From: Dehalococcoidia bacterium
Lineage (GTDB): Bacteria > Chloroflexota > Dehalococcoidia > Lucifugimonadales > UBA3495
Reading direction: 5' to 3'
Length of the DNA stretch: 64,000 nucleotides
NCBI GenBank assembly: GCA_965219925.1
Contig: OZ244795.1
Coordinates: forward strand, 1,543,395-1,607,394
In this document: positions 18,314 through 27,674 of the stretch, piece by piece
Layout of the letters: every line of letters begins with the position of its first letter
Numbering within the stretch: position 1 is the stretch's first letter
The notes under the pieces: generated by a model
The model's input: only the letters and a program-made list of their open reading frames with translations
What the model was told of the DNA's origin: nothing
Databases searched by the model: none
Translations under genes and position numbers: made by a program

Positions 18314-20596
18314 ATGGTCTCCGTAAATTGGAATGACATTCGCCCCTTGAACGGGTCGCAGAACGCCGGGTTCGAAGAGATCTGCGCCCAGCTTGCGCGA
18401 CTTGGACACCACAGCACGCGAAGTTCACCCGCACCGGGAATCCTGACGCCGGGGTCGAATGCTACTGCATTTTGCCGAACGGCGATGAGTGGGGTTTGCA
18501 GGCCAAGTATTTCGTCGCTCAACCGGGAGAAACCCGATGGCGTGAATTTGGCCAGTCCGTCAAAACTGCGCTCGCGAAACATCCCAACCTCAAGCGCTAC
18601 TTCATTTGCGTTCCGGTCGCCCGAGCCGACGCACGCGTCACGGGTCGTACATACGCCATGGATCGTTGGAACCAACGTGTTCAGAAACGGGTGGGCTGGG
18701 CGCAACAACGCAATATGCAGGTTGAGTTCGTGTGGTGGGGCGCCTCGGAACTGGCGGAAAGACTTTCTCAACCCCAGCAGATCGGACGACTGTATTACTG
18801 GTTTGGCAATCATGGCTTCGATCAAGACTGGTTTCACGAACACCTTGCTGAAGCCATCGACGCCGCTGGTCCTCGATATAACCCTCAGCATCACGTCGAA
18901 CTAGACATCGCCGAATCTTTAGAAGACTTCGCGCGTACCGTTGGCTCATTCAATTGGATCAAATCACTCGCTATCGACGTGCGCCACAGGGGCCAGTATC
19001 TCAGACATCTAAGGTCAGATGACCATCAGCCATTGGACATACCGGCGCTTCAACCCCTGTTGGTCGCGGTAGATTCGGTCTTGGACGCATTCAGGACACT
19101 GGAATTCACCGCCGCGGATGAACTGGAAGTGCAACCTATTCAGCAGGCGCTCGTTCGGGCAAACGTTATCGCAGACGAAGCTCAAGCCGCGGTCAGGGAG
19201 CTTCAGCGCGAATACGAAACCCAACGAGACGATGGCGAGGAAAACCCACGGTATGCGAGGAATCCTTACTCTCGCGTAACCGGGGATATCCGCGGCCTGC
19301 AAACGGAACTTGATAACGCAGATTACGGACTCAGCGAATCATCAAGCGTAGCAAACAGTTGGCTGATGATTCTCAAGGGTCGCGCAGGCACCGGCAAGAC
19401 ACACTTAAATGTGCGATTTTGCCAGCAGGCGAATTTACGCAGGGGGCACCGGCCGTCCTCTTGATGGGGCAGCATTTCACCACAACGGGTGATCCTCGGG
19501 CTCAATTGCTGGAACAGGTCGGGATGCATGGGGAAACCCCCGACACGTTCGTCGGGGCGTTGGAGGCAGCCGCCCAATCGGCCAATTCCCGCGCGCTGTT
19601 GATGATCGACGCGGTAAATGAAGGTAGCGGTCGCGACATCTGGTTGAACCGTCTCGCGGCGTTCTTGTCCCGTGTTGAGCGCTCGCCATGGATTGCCACC
19701 GTACTTTCCGTCCGGAGCACTTACGAACGGTCGATAATCCCGGAGCACGTTGGGGAGCGCGCTGCGTCCGTCACGCATTCGGGTTTCAGTGGCCGTGAGT
19801 ACGAAGCGGCGCGCATATATTTCGAACATCACGGCATTGAATTCCATTCAACGCCGATCTTGTATCCGGAATTTGCGAATCCTTTGTACCTGAAAACGAT
19901 ATGCCATGTACTATAGTCTCAGGGGAGACACGCCTGCCAAGCGGGCGTCAGGACGTAACCAGGGCCTTTCGATTCTCCCTCTCCCCTTGTGGGAGAGGGC
20001 TGGGGTGAGGGGTATAGTCTGCCGCAGGATAGTTCCCTATCTCACACCTTCACCCTCACCCTAACCCTCTCCCATCAAGGGAGAGGGGATTTCTTGTAAA
20101 ACCGAAAGGCCCTGGGATGTAACCGCCGTACTGGATTCATTTGTTGACGTCGCACACGAACAACTGGCCGATCGGCTGGATTACGATCCGAAGAATAACT
20201 TGGTTAGCGTTGCGCTCAAGAGACTGGCCGAGAGATTCCTCGAAACCGACAATCACTGGCTAATCAGGGAAGACGCAGTACGGGTAGTGAACTGCGTCCT
20301 TCCCAGAAGAGATTTCAGCCGTTCGCTGTATCGCGGGATGGTGGACGAAGGAGTACTGCTGGAGGATATGCGGCGGCCGCGCGACGGCGACTCACGCGAA
20401 ATCGTATCAATTGCGTTTGAACGCTTCGCCGATCACATCGTTGCCGACGCGATCATGCAAAAGCATTTGGACAGAAATAGTTTGTCTATGATGTTCGAAA
20501 GCCTGCCTCTGCGGTGGAGGCGTCCCGTCAGGGGGCTCTTGCACTTGTTCGGTGGCAAAGTGGCGGGATTGATCGACAGGAGCGACTCATTGATCA
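18314..20596 (+). pseudogene. degraded P-loop NTPase (AAA/STAND-like) with nuclease-like N-terminal domain
   Basis: NWNDIRPLNGSQNAGFEEICAQLAR, then PDAGVECYCILPNGDEWGLQAKYF in another frame. Walker A GRAGTGKT at 19378-19401 and Walker B-like ALLMIDAVNE. At least five frame changes. MITE inserted at 19960. The 3' end is cut by an IS21 stump. Confidence 0.7.
19960..20114. mobile_element. MITE (family C) inside the NTPase pseudogene
   Basis: CAGGGCCTTTCG ... CGAAAGGCCCTG termini. Flanks are GGACGTAAC / GGATGTAAC. Removing the element plus one flank copy rejoins the reading frame (SGRQDVT-AVLDSFVD). Confidence 0.85.
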
Positions 20597-20927
20597 ACGT
20601 CGCAGTTTTCCAACCCCTCCGCCATCCGCCCGTCGATGTACTCGGTGTACGGATCCAGCTTCGACCCTCTTGGTGGCCGCGCCTTCGGCCGCATGGCCTC
20701 CGGCGATTGCAGATACCGGCGCACCGTGTTCCGCGATACCTCCAGCTCCCTGGCGATCTCCCGGATCGAATGGCCAGCGCCTTTCATCTCGTATATCTCT
20801 TTCACTTGACCCACCTTTAGCAATGTGTCTGCGGCACCTCCGTCGAGTATCCGCGGATGATGCCACTACTTTCGGCTGGGTCAATTCCATTTCGGCGTTT
20901 TTGCACATTCTAATGTCGGCGATGACA
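20597..20927 (-). mobile_element. IS21-family 5' stump (istA N-terminal HTH only)
   Basis: MLKVGQVKEIYEMKGAGHSIREIARELEVSRNTVRRYL...SKLDPYTEYIDGRMAEG. Outer end ...TGACA at 20927. Homologous to the stump at 47838-48117. Confidence 0.7.
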
Positions 20928-21390
20928 GGGATTCCAGGTGGGCGTTGATTTCCTCCAGCAGGCCCTGGCCCAGGCTGCTCTTTTCCAGCAGATGACGAAA
21001 GTTGAGGATGGTGGTCTCGTCGGGCAGGGGCCCTGAGAGCCTCAACCCCACGAACCGCCGGACCGGCTCGGACTCGTAGAGCAGGTCCTCCATGCCGGGG
21101 TGCTCAAATTGTAGAAAAGCTGGACACAGTGTGTTCTCAACATGGCGGACAGAGGATATAGAGGGCGCCCCCTCCGGCCTTTGGGTAGAAGGGACGGATG
21201 CGGTCCTCCAGCAACTTACAGGGAATCAGGCCGTCCATCCGCTCCAGGAACACTTCCCGGCGAGTCTTGCGCCTCTTGCCCTGGTATTCCAAGTCAGCAA
21301 AGCTTGCTTGGTCCATACAACCTCATCCTCGGTCAGTATTAGGCTCTCCAGCTTGACTATGCCACATCACCACGGACTTGTTCAGAGGAT
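20928..21390 (-). mobile_element. IS5-family transposase stump (frameshifted, truncated by the IS21 stump)
   Basis: MDQASFADLEYQGKRRKTRREVFLERMDGLIP..., then in another frame VRRFVGLRLSGPLPDETTILNFRHLLE. The right boundary is approximate. Confidence 0.6.
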
Positions 21391-21549
21391 TTTTAGGAAA
21401 GCGGCGCCCGTTGGCAGGCCCGGGAGAAGGGCCCGGGCGCCAGCGGTCAGTCCCAAGTGGATGAAGCGCCGTTTTACGGGTAGAATGGCCATCATGCAAA
21501 TCCGCCCAGGAGCAACCAATGCAGCCAGGCGATATCCCCGGGCAAGCCA

Positions 21550-22270
21550 ATGATGACCCTGCAGGACTCGGTCAGGACTTGTATTCGCAAGTATGCCGAC
21601 TTCAGCGGGCGGGCCACCCGGGCCGAGCACTGAAGGTGGGTGCTGGCTACCAATATTGTCAGCCTGATGCTCAGTGGTGTGGACATTTCCATAGGCTCCC
21701 TGGCCGATTTGGATGTCTACACTCCCTTTCAATCTATATCTGGGTTGGCGATTCCGATCCCCAGCCTTGCGGTGACTGCCCGCCGCTCGCACGACATAGG
21801 CAAGAGCGGCTGGTGGCAATTGCCCCGGATAGCAAAGGGAGTATTGGGGGCTATCCTGTTGGCAACTGGGGCGATTGGCCTGTGGTACATGACTTTAGTA
21901 TTTTCCGGTGGTAGCAACTCTGGCAACTTATCACTAGGCAGTGTTGACATTTTGAAACTCATTCCGTCATTCCAGCGAAAGCCGGAATCCATAGGTCGTA
22001 AGGTGAACAAATCGAAAACGTTATTAACGAATTCGGTCATTGGATTCCCGCGAAAGCGGGAATGACGAGAAATGTCAACACAACCTAATCCTCGGTCTAG
22101 CTTTTGCTGCCTTCTTTGTGGGGTTGGCCATATGTGCAGGTTCGATTACATGGATGCTGATTTGGCTGGTCAAACAGGCCAAGCAGGTTCAAACCAATAA
22201 GGTTCCGACCCGCGAGCATGGGACGAGCCGCAGCCGCCCGCATACCCTGTTCTGTAATGGGGTTGCGTGA
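21550..22270 (+). pseudogene. DUF805-like membrane protein gene with in-frame TGA and MITE insertion
   Basis: YADFSGRATRAEH-TGA-RWVLA (stop at 21631-21633, where the family has Trp). RRSHDIGKSGWW motif. MITE B1 is inserted; its net 151 bp accounts for the downstream frame change. Confidence 0.6.
21935..22087. mobile_element. MITE (family B; TA-flanked, TAGGNNGTGTTGAC termini)
   Basis: Terminal inverted repeats TAGGCAGTGTTGAC / TAGGTTGTGTTGAC. The internal arms are CGTCATTCC.GCGAAAGC.GGAATCC hairpins. Confidence 0.75.
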
Positions 22271-22293
22271 AAAGAAATTGTTGGAGACAAGCA

Positions 22294-22704
22294 ATGCCAA
22301 AGATAATCCCGGTACCCGATGAACTCAGCCAGCCCTTCTGGGACGCGGTGAACGAACAGCGCCTAGTCCTCCAGAATTGTACCGCCTGCGACAAGCTCCA
22401 GTACCCGCCCCAGGCGGCTTGCCAGGTGTGCGGCTCCGCCGATGGGCTGGAGTGGAAAGAGCTAGAAGGCAAGGGCCACGTCGCCACCTACATCGTCATC
22501 GAGGACGGCCGCCTCAACCGTCGGATGCCCGACCAGCCCTACAATCTTGCCCTTGTGACGCTGGACCAGGACCCCACTGTGAACTTCTACTCCAACCTGC
22601 CGGGCGTCCCGGCCTACCAGGTGCCGGTGGGCGCGGCCGTGGAGGTTACCTTCGAGGAAGTGGCCCCCGGCCAGTTGATACACGAGTGGCGGGTGGTGGA
22701 ATAA
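22294..22704 (+). CDS. DUF35 Zn-ribbon/OB-fold protein
   Basis: CxxC...CxxC ribbon (NCTACDKLQYPPQAACQVCGS) followed by an OB-fold region. Usual partner of the downstream thiolase-like gene. Start taken at the internal ATG. Confidence 0.75.
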   Translation: MPKIIPVPDELSQPFWDAVNEQRLVLQNCTACDKLQYPPQAACQVCGSADGLEWKELEGKGHVATYIVIEDGRLNRRMPDQPYNLALVTLDQDPTVNFYSNLPGVPAYQVPVGAAVEVTFEEVAPGQLIHEWRVVE

Positions 22705-22756
22705 CCATTATTGAAAATTCGCGCTTATTCGCGGATAAGCTATAAAAGGACGGACT

Positions 22757-24073
22757 ATGACCAGCAGCAATAACTTCCAGTGGCGCAGGGACCGGGACGG
22801 CCTGGGCGTGTGGGAACACCGGGGCAAGGTGGCCGTCGTCGGCTATGGCCATTCGCCGGTGGACCGGCGGTGGGACGGCGAGAACCTGGATACCTCCCTG
22901 GGCGCTTACACGATCATGGCCTGCGAAAAGGCCATGGAGCAGGCCGGAGTCACCATTGACCAGGTGGACGGCATCGTCTGCTGTGACAGCCACATCGCCG
23001 GCGGCAGCGGCGGGTCTGCCTCCCAGTGGGCGCCCCGTCCCTACTTCGACCCACCCTACGACACGGAGTACGGCCTGACTCTGATTAACCCCCAGTGGCT
23101 CATCAACACCATGGGCTTCAAGAACGTCAAATTTGCCCCCACCGGGGTGCCGACCATCGGCGAGATGATGGGCATGGCCTCCCAGGCCGTGGGCGACGGT
23201 GTTTGCTCTACCTGCCTGGTCATCTATCCCACCGGCAACATGGAAGGCCGCTACCGGCGAGGCGGCGAGAATGCCGACGACTACGCCCGGGGCGCACGCC
23301 AGTGGACCGTGCCCTGGGGCAACCACGGTGGCAACGACTTCATCAACATCTTCCCCCACAACCAGTACTGCCTGAAGTACGGCGGCGAACATGACGACCT
23401 TGCCCCCTTTGTCATCAACCAGCACAAGAACGGGATGCTCACCCCCTGGGGGTACAACTACAACCACGGCATTGAACTCATATCGGTGGAAGACTACAAG
23501 ACCTCCCGGTACATCTTGAATCCTTTGCGCATCTGGGACTGCGACCGTCCCGTCAACGCCTCGGCGGCCTACCTGTTCACCACCGCCGAGCGGGCACGTG
23601 ATATGAAATCCCAGCCCGTGTACGTGCTCAACCATTCCCAGCACAACTTCCGGTTCCGAACCACCCAGCCCGACCTGGACGAAGTGGAGATGTGGACCGA
23701 CCGGCAGGCCGCCCGCATGTACGAAGGCGCCGGCTTGGGCCCCGCCGACGTGGACATCTTCAACCCCTACGACGGCTACTCCATAATGGCCCAGTTCTTC
23801 CTGGAAGGCTTCCAGTGGCACGGGGTCAAGCGGGGCGATGCCTTTGCCTTCTACGCCGGCGACATCAGCGTCAAGGGCCCCCACCCCTTCAGTTCCAGCG
23901 GCGGCAACCTGGGCAACGGTCGCACCCGCACCGCCATGTACACCGACAGCATCGAGCAACTCCGGGGCGCCGCCGGCGACCGCCAGGTAACCGTGCGAGC
24001 CGAGACCGCCCTGTGCGCCTTCACCACCCCCAGCAACGGTGGCTGGCTGATGCTGGGCAAGTACCCTTCGTGA
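22757..24073 (+). CDS. thiolase-like (SCP-x/nsLTP type) protein
   Basis: Length, the VAVVGYGHSP N-terminus and the GGNLGNGR C-terminal region fit this family. Adjacent to DUF35. Confidence 0.65.
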   Translation: MTSSNNFQWRRDRDGLGVWEHRGKVAVVGYGHSPVDRRWDGENLDTSLGAYTIMACEKAMEQAGVTIDQVDGIVCCDSHIAGGSGGSASQWAPRPYFDPPYDTEYGLTLINPQWLINTMGFKNVKFAPTGVPTIGEMMGMASQAVGDGVCSTCLVIYPTGNMEGRYRRGGENADDYARGARQWTVPWGNHGGNDFINIFPHNQYCLKYGGEHDDLAPFVINQHKNGMLTPWGYNYNHGIELISVEDYKTSRYILNPLRIWDCDRPVNASAAYLFTTAERARDMKSQPVYVLNHSQHNFRFRTTQPDLDEVEMWTDRQAARMYEGAGLGPADVDIFNPYDGYSIMAQFFLEGFQWHGVKRGDAFAFYAGDISVKGPHPFSSSGGNLGNGRTRTAMYTDSIEQLRGAAGDRQVTVRAETALCAFTTPSNGGWLMLGKYPS

Positions 24074-24117
24074 TGATTCAGGGAACGACGTGAAGATTCA
24101 GGGAAGCTCGTAACAAC

Positions 24118-24185
24118 GTCATTCCGGCCTGCGCCGGAATCCAAAAACCCAGCAATGTAGATTCCGGCTTTCGCCGGAATGACGG
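24118..24185. repeat. pair of family-B-type hairpin arms (mini element or fragment)
   Basis: CGTCATTCCGGCCTGCGCCGGAATCC ... GATTCCGGCTTTCGCCGGAATGACGG. Confidence 0.5.
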
Positions 24186-25205
24186 CCCGCCGGTGGAAAG
24201 GGCGACTTATTCAGAGGTTCCCTAGAACATAGATGTCCCGCAGTTTCAAGACGGCAAGTGCCGAGTCCGCCTCCCCTGGGAAAATGCCGTTGCAGAGGAC
24301 ATGTGCTGGGCTTCTGCAGAACTCACCCGCTACGCATCCTGCTACACGATGAGCCCCATGTGTGCGGCCTGGGTTACAATGAATATGCGGACGTGATGGA
24401 AGAATGGGCGGTCGCGGCTTGACGGCTGAATTCATCACCGGAGTAGCACGGTCATGTGGGCCCGCTCTGCGGCCGTAGTTGACCGGATCCGCGATTGGCT
24501 AAAAACTCGTTCACCCTCCCAGGCTAGCAGACAATATCATTATGCCGAGCAGCCAGATGGGAGTCCCACCTGATGAATCGCAACCCTACGGTCGTCTCAA
24601 AGACCTCATCGAAGGTCTGGATGTGTTCGGGGGAGTGGGTAGCAGCCTTGCTCGGCTGCTGTGGGGTTCGTCTTATCCGGCCCGGAAGGTGCCGCGATTG
24701 GAGGAGCAGCCGGCTCGCTCGCTGGATTAGCTTTACGGAACGTCGGGCATGAGTTGGTATCCCGACTTATGGCACCGAGGGAGCAGGTTAGACTGGGAAC
24801 CGTGTTCACTCTGGCAGCGGCCGAAATCGTTGTGCGTTGTGGCAACGGCGAAAAGACCCGGGAGGACGGGTTTTCTCGGTCAGTGACGATGGCCGGTCAC
24901 CAGTGGAAGAAGCGTGGGAGAACGCGTTGCTAAAGAGTCAGCGCGAGCCGGAAGAGAAAAAACTCCCCTACATGGCGTATCTTATGGCCAATCTCGCTTT
25001 TGATGACACGGTCAGCCCTGAGATGGCGCACCAAATCATAAAAACTGCAGAGGAGTTGACCTATCGCCAACTTTGCATCCTGCGCCTGTCTGTGGTGAAG
25101 GGTCGGTTCCAAATGCGCAATGGCAATTACTTCGACACTGATGATTTTCCCATTCAGTTACGCCAAATCCTCTATGAGTACCACGACCTGAACGCCCGTG
25201 TGCTA

Positions 25206-26048
25206 GGGGGTGTCGTCAAAAGAGTTTGCTCCAGATCATCACTGCCCGGAGCTGGCAGATGGCCAAATACGACGCCGTTCTCTTGGCATAGCGGGTTGCC
25301 ACCCCGCGCCACTGCTTGAATTCCAGGAATCCGTTCTCCACTAGGTGCCGCAGCTTGTACAGCGCCCGGTCATAGTCCCGCTTTTCTCTCCGGTTGCTTT
25401 TGGGCGGTATCACCGGGTCCATTCCCAATTCCCGGACGGTGGCTATGATTTCATTGGTGTCATAGGCTTTGTCCGCCATCAGGCACTCCGCTGCTATGCC
25501 CTCAATCAGAGGCAAAGCCTGGGAGCAGTCGGCAAACGTACCCTCGGTCACCGCCAGCCTTACCGGCATTCCGTGGGAATCCACCGCCAGGTGCAGCTTG
25601 CTGTTCAGCCCCCTTTTGTGCGGGCAATGGACTGATTTCCACCCCGGGCGCCGGCGCTGTGGGGATGGGCCTTGATATAGCTGGCGTCTATCATCAGCCA
25701 CTCGAAATCAGGGTCATCAATCACCGCCTCCAACAGTCCGGCCCACACGCCCCGGTCCCGCCAGCGGCAGAAGCGGCGGTGGGTGTTCTTCCAATCTCCG
25801 TAGTCCGGGGGCAAATCTCGCCAAGGAGCGCCGGTGCGCAGTATCCAGCACACGGCGTCGATAAACCGCCGGTTGTCCTGGGCCGGTCGGCCCCTCTTGC
25901 CCTCTCCCCCAGGCAAATGCGGCCTCAACCGCTCCCAAACCTCATCGGTCATATCGTGGCGCCGGTGCGCTACCGTCATACCCCCACCTTCCACACTCTC
26001 CCCATTTCCAGCAATCTACCACCCTACCGCCATTTTGACGACACCCCC
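25206..26048 (-). mobile_element. IS5-family, IS427-like insertion sequence, copy A (843 bp)
   Basis: Inverted repeats GGGGGTGTCGTCAAAA / TTTTGACGACACCCCC, flanked by CTA...TAG (target CTAG, TA duplicated). Two overlapping transposase ORFs. Confidence 0.9.
25216..25979 (-). CDS. IS427-like transposase (orfA-orfB, frameshift expected near ACAAAAGGGGG)
   Basis: orfA: MTDEVWERLRPHLPG...RRFIDAVCWILRTGAPWRDLP. orfB: LNSKLHLAVDSHGMPVRL...MADKAYD...YKLRHLVENGFLEFKQWRGVATRY. Confidence 0.8.
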
Positions 26049-26450
26049 TAGTCAGCAACGGGGATACGATTGCTATAGGGATACAGGAAATATCTCCAGG
26101 TAACACCATTCCGCAAGGGCTGGGTGCGGACATGTACAACCTTATGCGTCTAGGTTTGATACCCGATGAAGACCTCCTGCCGATTGCAGCACAACTGAAA
26201 TGAACCCGCTATGCGAAAAGCGGGCGCTGCACATGAGTGGGTCCAATCCAGCCACGACGCCGCGCTCAGGTATGCCTCTAAATCGGCGGCGACTACAACT
26301 CGACAACAGTAACTCCTCCACTTCCCATCGGCGGGTGTTCGGTGATAGGCAAGGAACCCAACAAAATATTGGTCAGACGACCCGCACTACGCATATTGCA
26401 TCCACTGCGCTGCGGGCCGCCCTAGAAGTCAATGGCGAAGCCCCGGGAAA

Positions 26451-26867
26451 TTGGCCGGCGGCGACCCTCGTGACTGGACACCCGATGACGATGCAGACCC
26501 TGCAGCGCGGTTTCTGGCCTACTGCGATGCACCTTTTTGGTCGTTGGTGTGGACATCTCGGGTGGCGAAACTAGACGACCCGGACGGACGACGCTGGGCA
26601 GAAAGCGAGGCAGCCGAAGATGCCACGGCTCGGCGCCTGGTCCTGGTTAACGAAGAGTGCGATTCAGAAGAGTGGGAACGAGGAACCAATCTCCTGCTGC
26701 CTGTAGCGGCTCCTGGATGGGCCTATTACCCCGGCGAAGACCAGCGCATGTTGGCCTTTAGACCAGAAAATTGTCGGGGCATTTCTGAGGCTTGGGAGCG
26801 ACTACTCCGGTACAGGCGCGAGCAGTTACCCGAGGACCTTTTGCTCATAATCGAGCGACGACTCTGA
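26451..26867 (+). CDS. hypothetical acidic protein
   Basis: ORF only, with a non-ATG start in the track. No motif recognised. May be a fragment. Confidence 0.25.
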   Translation: MAGGDPRDWTPDDDADPAARFLAYCDAPFWSLVWTSRVAKLDDPDGRRWAESEAAEDATARRLVLVNEECDSEEWERGTNLLLPVAAPGWAYYPGEDQRMLAFRPENCRGISEAWERLLRYRREQLPEDLLLIIERRL

Positions 26868-27011
26868 CCCATACATTTTCATTTCGCCGCAGGCACGGGC
26901 AGTGTACCTGCCGACGCGGGGCGATTTAGTGTTCCGGCCAAACGTCCTTCGCCTGCTGCTGCCGTTCCAAAGACCCGATTTTTTGTATGCCCGTGGCGAA
27001 GGCCCGCGTCA

Positions 27012-27040
27012 TTGACAACTCGGGTGGGGTGTCATAATAA
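27012..27040 (+). promoter_or_regulatory. promoter candidate for the 27112-29037 operon
   Basis: TTGACA at 27012-27017, then 15-17 nt, then CATAATAA. Confidence 0.3.
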
Positions 27041-27111
27041 CGCCGCCATAGAAGGCCTGTCACCCATGGCCGGCGCATACAGGAGAGTAAATGATACCTT
27101 CCTGAATCGAG

Positions 27112-27674
27112 ATGGATGATGCTCTGGCCGTCGTAAATTCCTCCTTGCGCATGTGCGTGGACATCCTGCTGGACTACATGGACGAGGTCAACGCCGCCGG
27201 CGTCACCGGCATTCGTCGCCCCATGAGGCGGCGCTCTTTCTGCTCACTGCTATCCGATTACTTCTATTCGCGCATGGAACAGGTGCCGGAGCACGGTTCG
27301 CGTTTTGAACATCGAGAGGACAAGGGCAGCATTACATTGCGTCCGAAGACCGGCTGGTCGTCAGGGTCAAGCAGATCGACAAGAGATACCTGTCGTGGAA
27401 TCTCCCGACGCCCCACTCCCTGCTCTGGAACCGCCAGTTGCCCGCCCCTGGCATGGAGCCATTGCCTAGATTGGAATTGGGATACCACTTGGACGCCCTG
27501 ATGAACGGATACCGCGGTCTCCACCTCCTGCAGAGGTTTGGGAAAATGGTGGACCGGCGAGTCCAGGTATATGGTGCCCGCACCGACGCTATGATGTGGA
27601 ACAACGCCGACTGGACGGCACGGGCACGAGCCGCCCTGTATATCGGTATCAACCCGTTCGGTAAAGATGGGTAA
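27112..27674 (+). pseudogene. hypothetical partner gene of the XRE-ImmA protein, one apparent frameshift near 27340
   Basis: The frame of 27112 (…HREDKGSITLR) continues in the frame of 27438 as EDRLVVRVKQIDKRYLSWNLP...GYHLDALMNGYRGLHLLQRFGK. Its stop overlaps the next start by 8 nt. Confidence 0.45.

Larger units (their letters stand above)
24542..26203 (+). pseudogene. hypothetical gene split by an IS427-like element and two frameshifts
   Basis: Three frames join to give GFVLSGPEGAAIGGAAGSLAG...EEAWENALLKSQREPEEKKLPYMAYLMANLAFDD...YEYHDLNARVL. After IS removal the frame continues in phase as VSNGDTIAIGIQE...LLPIAAQLK-stop. Confidence 0.55.

Noticed and set aside
21631-21633. Possibility that TGA is read as a sense codon (in-frame TGA at a Trp position in DUF805, and another in the IS701-like stump at 36239-36241).
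   Set aside because: Intact genes here clearly terminate at TGA (for example hsdR at 14223-14225 and the RHH gene at 14832-14834). The genome is high-GC, and both cases sit in otherwise damaged genes. Simple TGG-to-TGA nonsense mutations are the economical explanation.
22646-23959. 437-aa ORF antisense to the thiolase-like gene. Similar long antisense ORFs occur at 6335-7615, 12510-13322, 16764-17522, 37734-39035, 40730-42337 and 59942-61093.
   Set aside because: These are shadow ORFs typical of high-GC DNA. They have Gly/Arg/Val/His-rich low-complexity composition and no motifs, and in each case the opposite strand carries a clearly recognisable protein.
26200-26574. 124-aa ORF overlapping the start of 26451-26867.
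   Set aside because: Arg/Thr-rich composition with no motifs. It is probably non-coding debris between the IS-split gene and the ImmA module.
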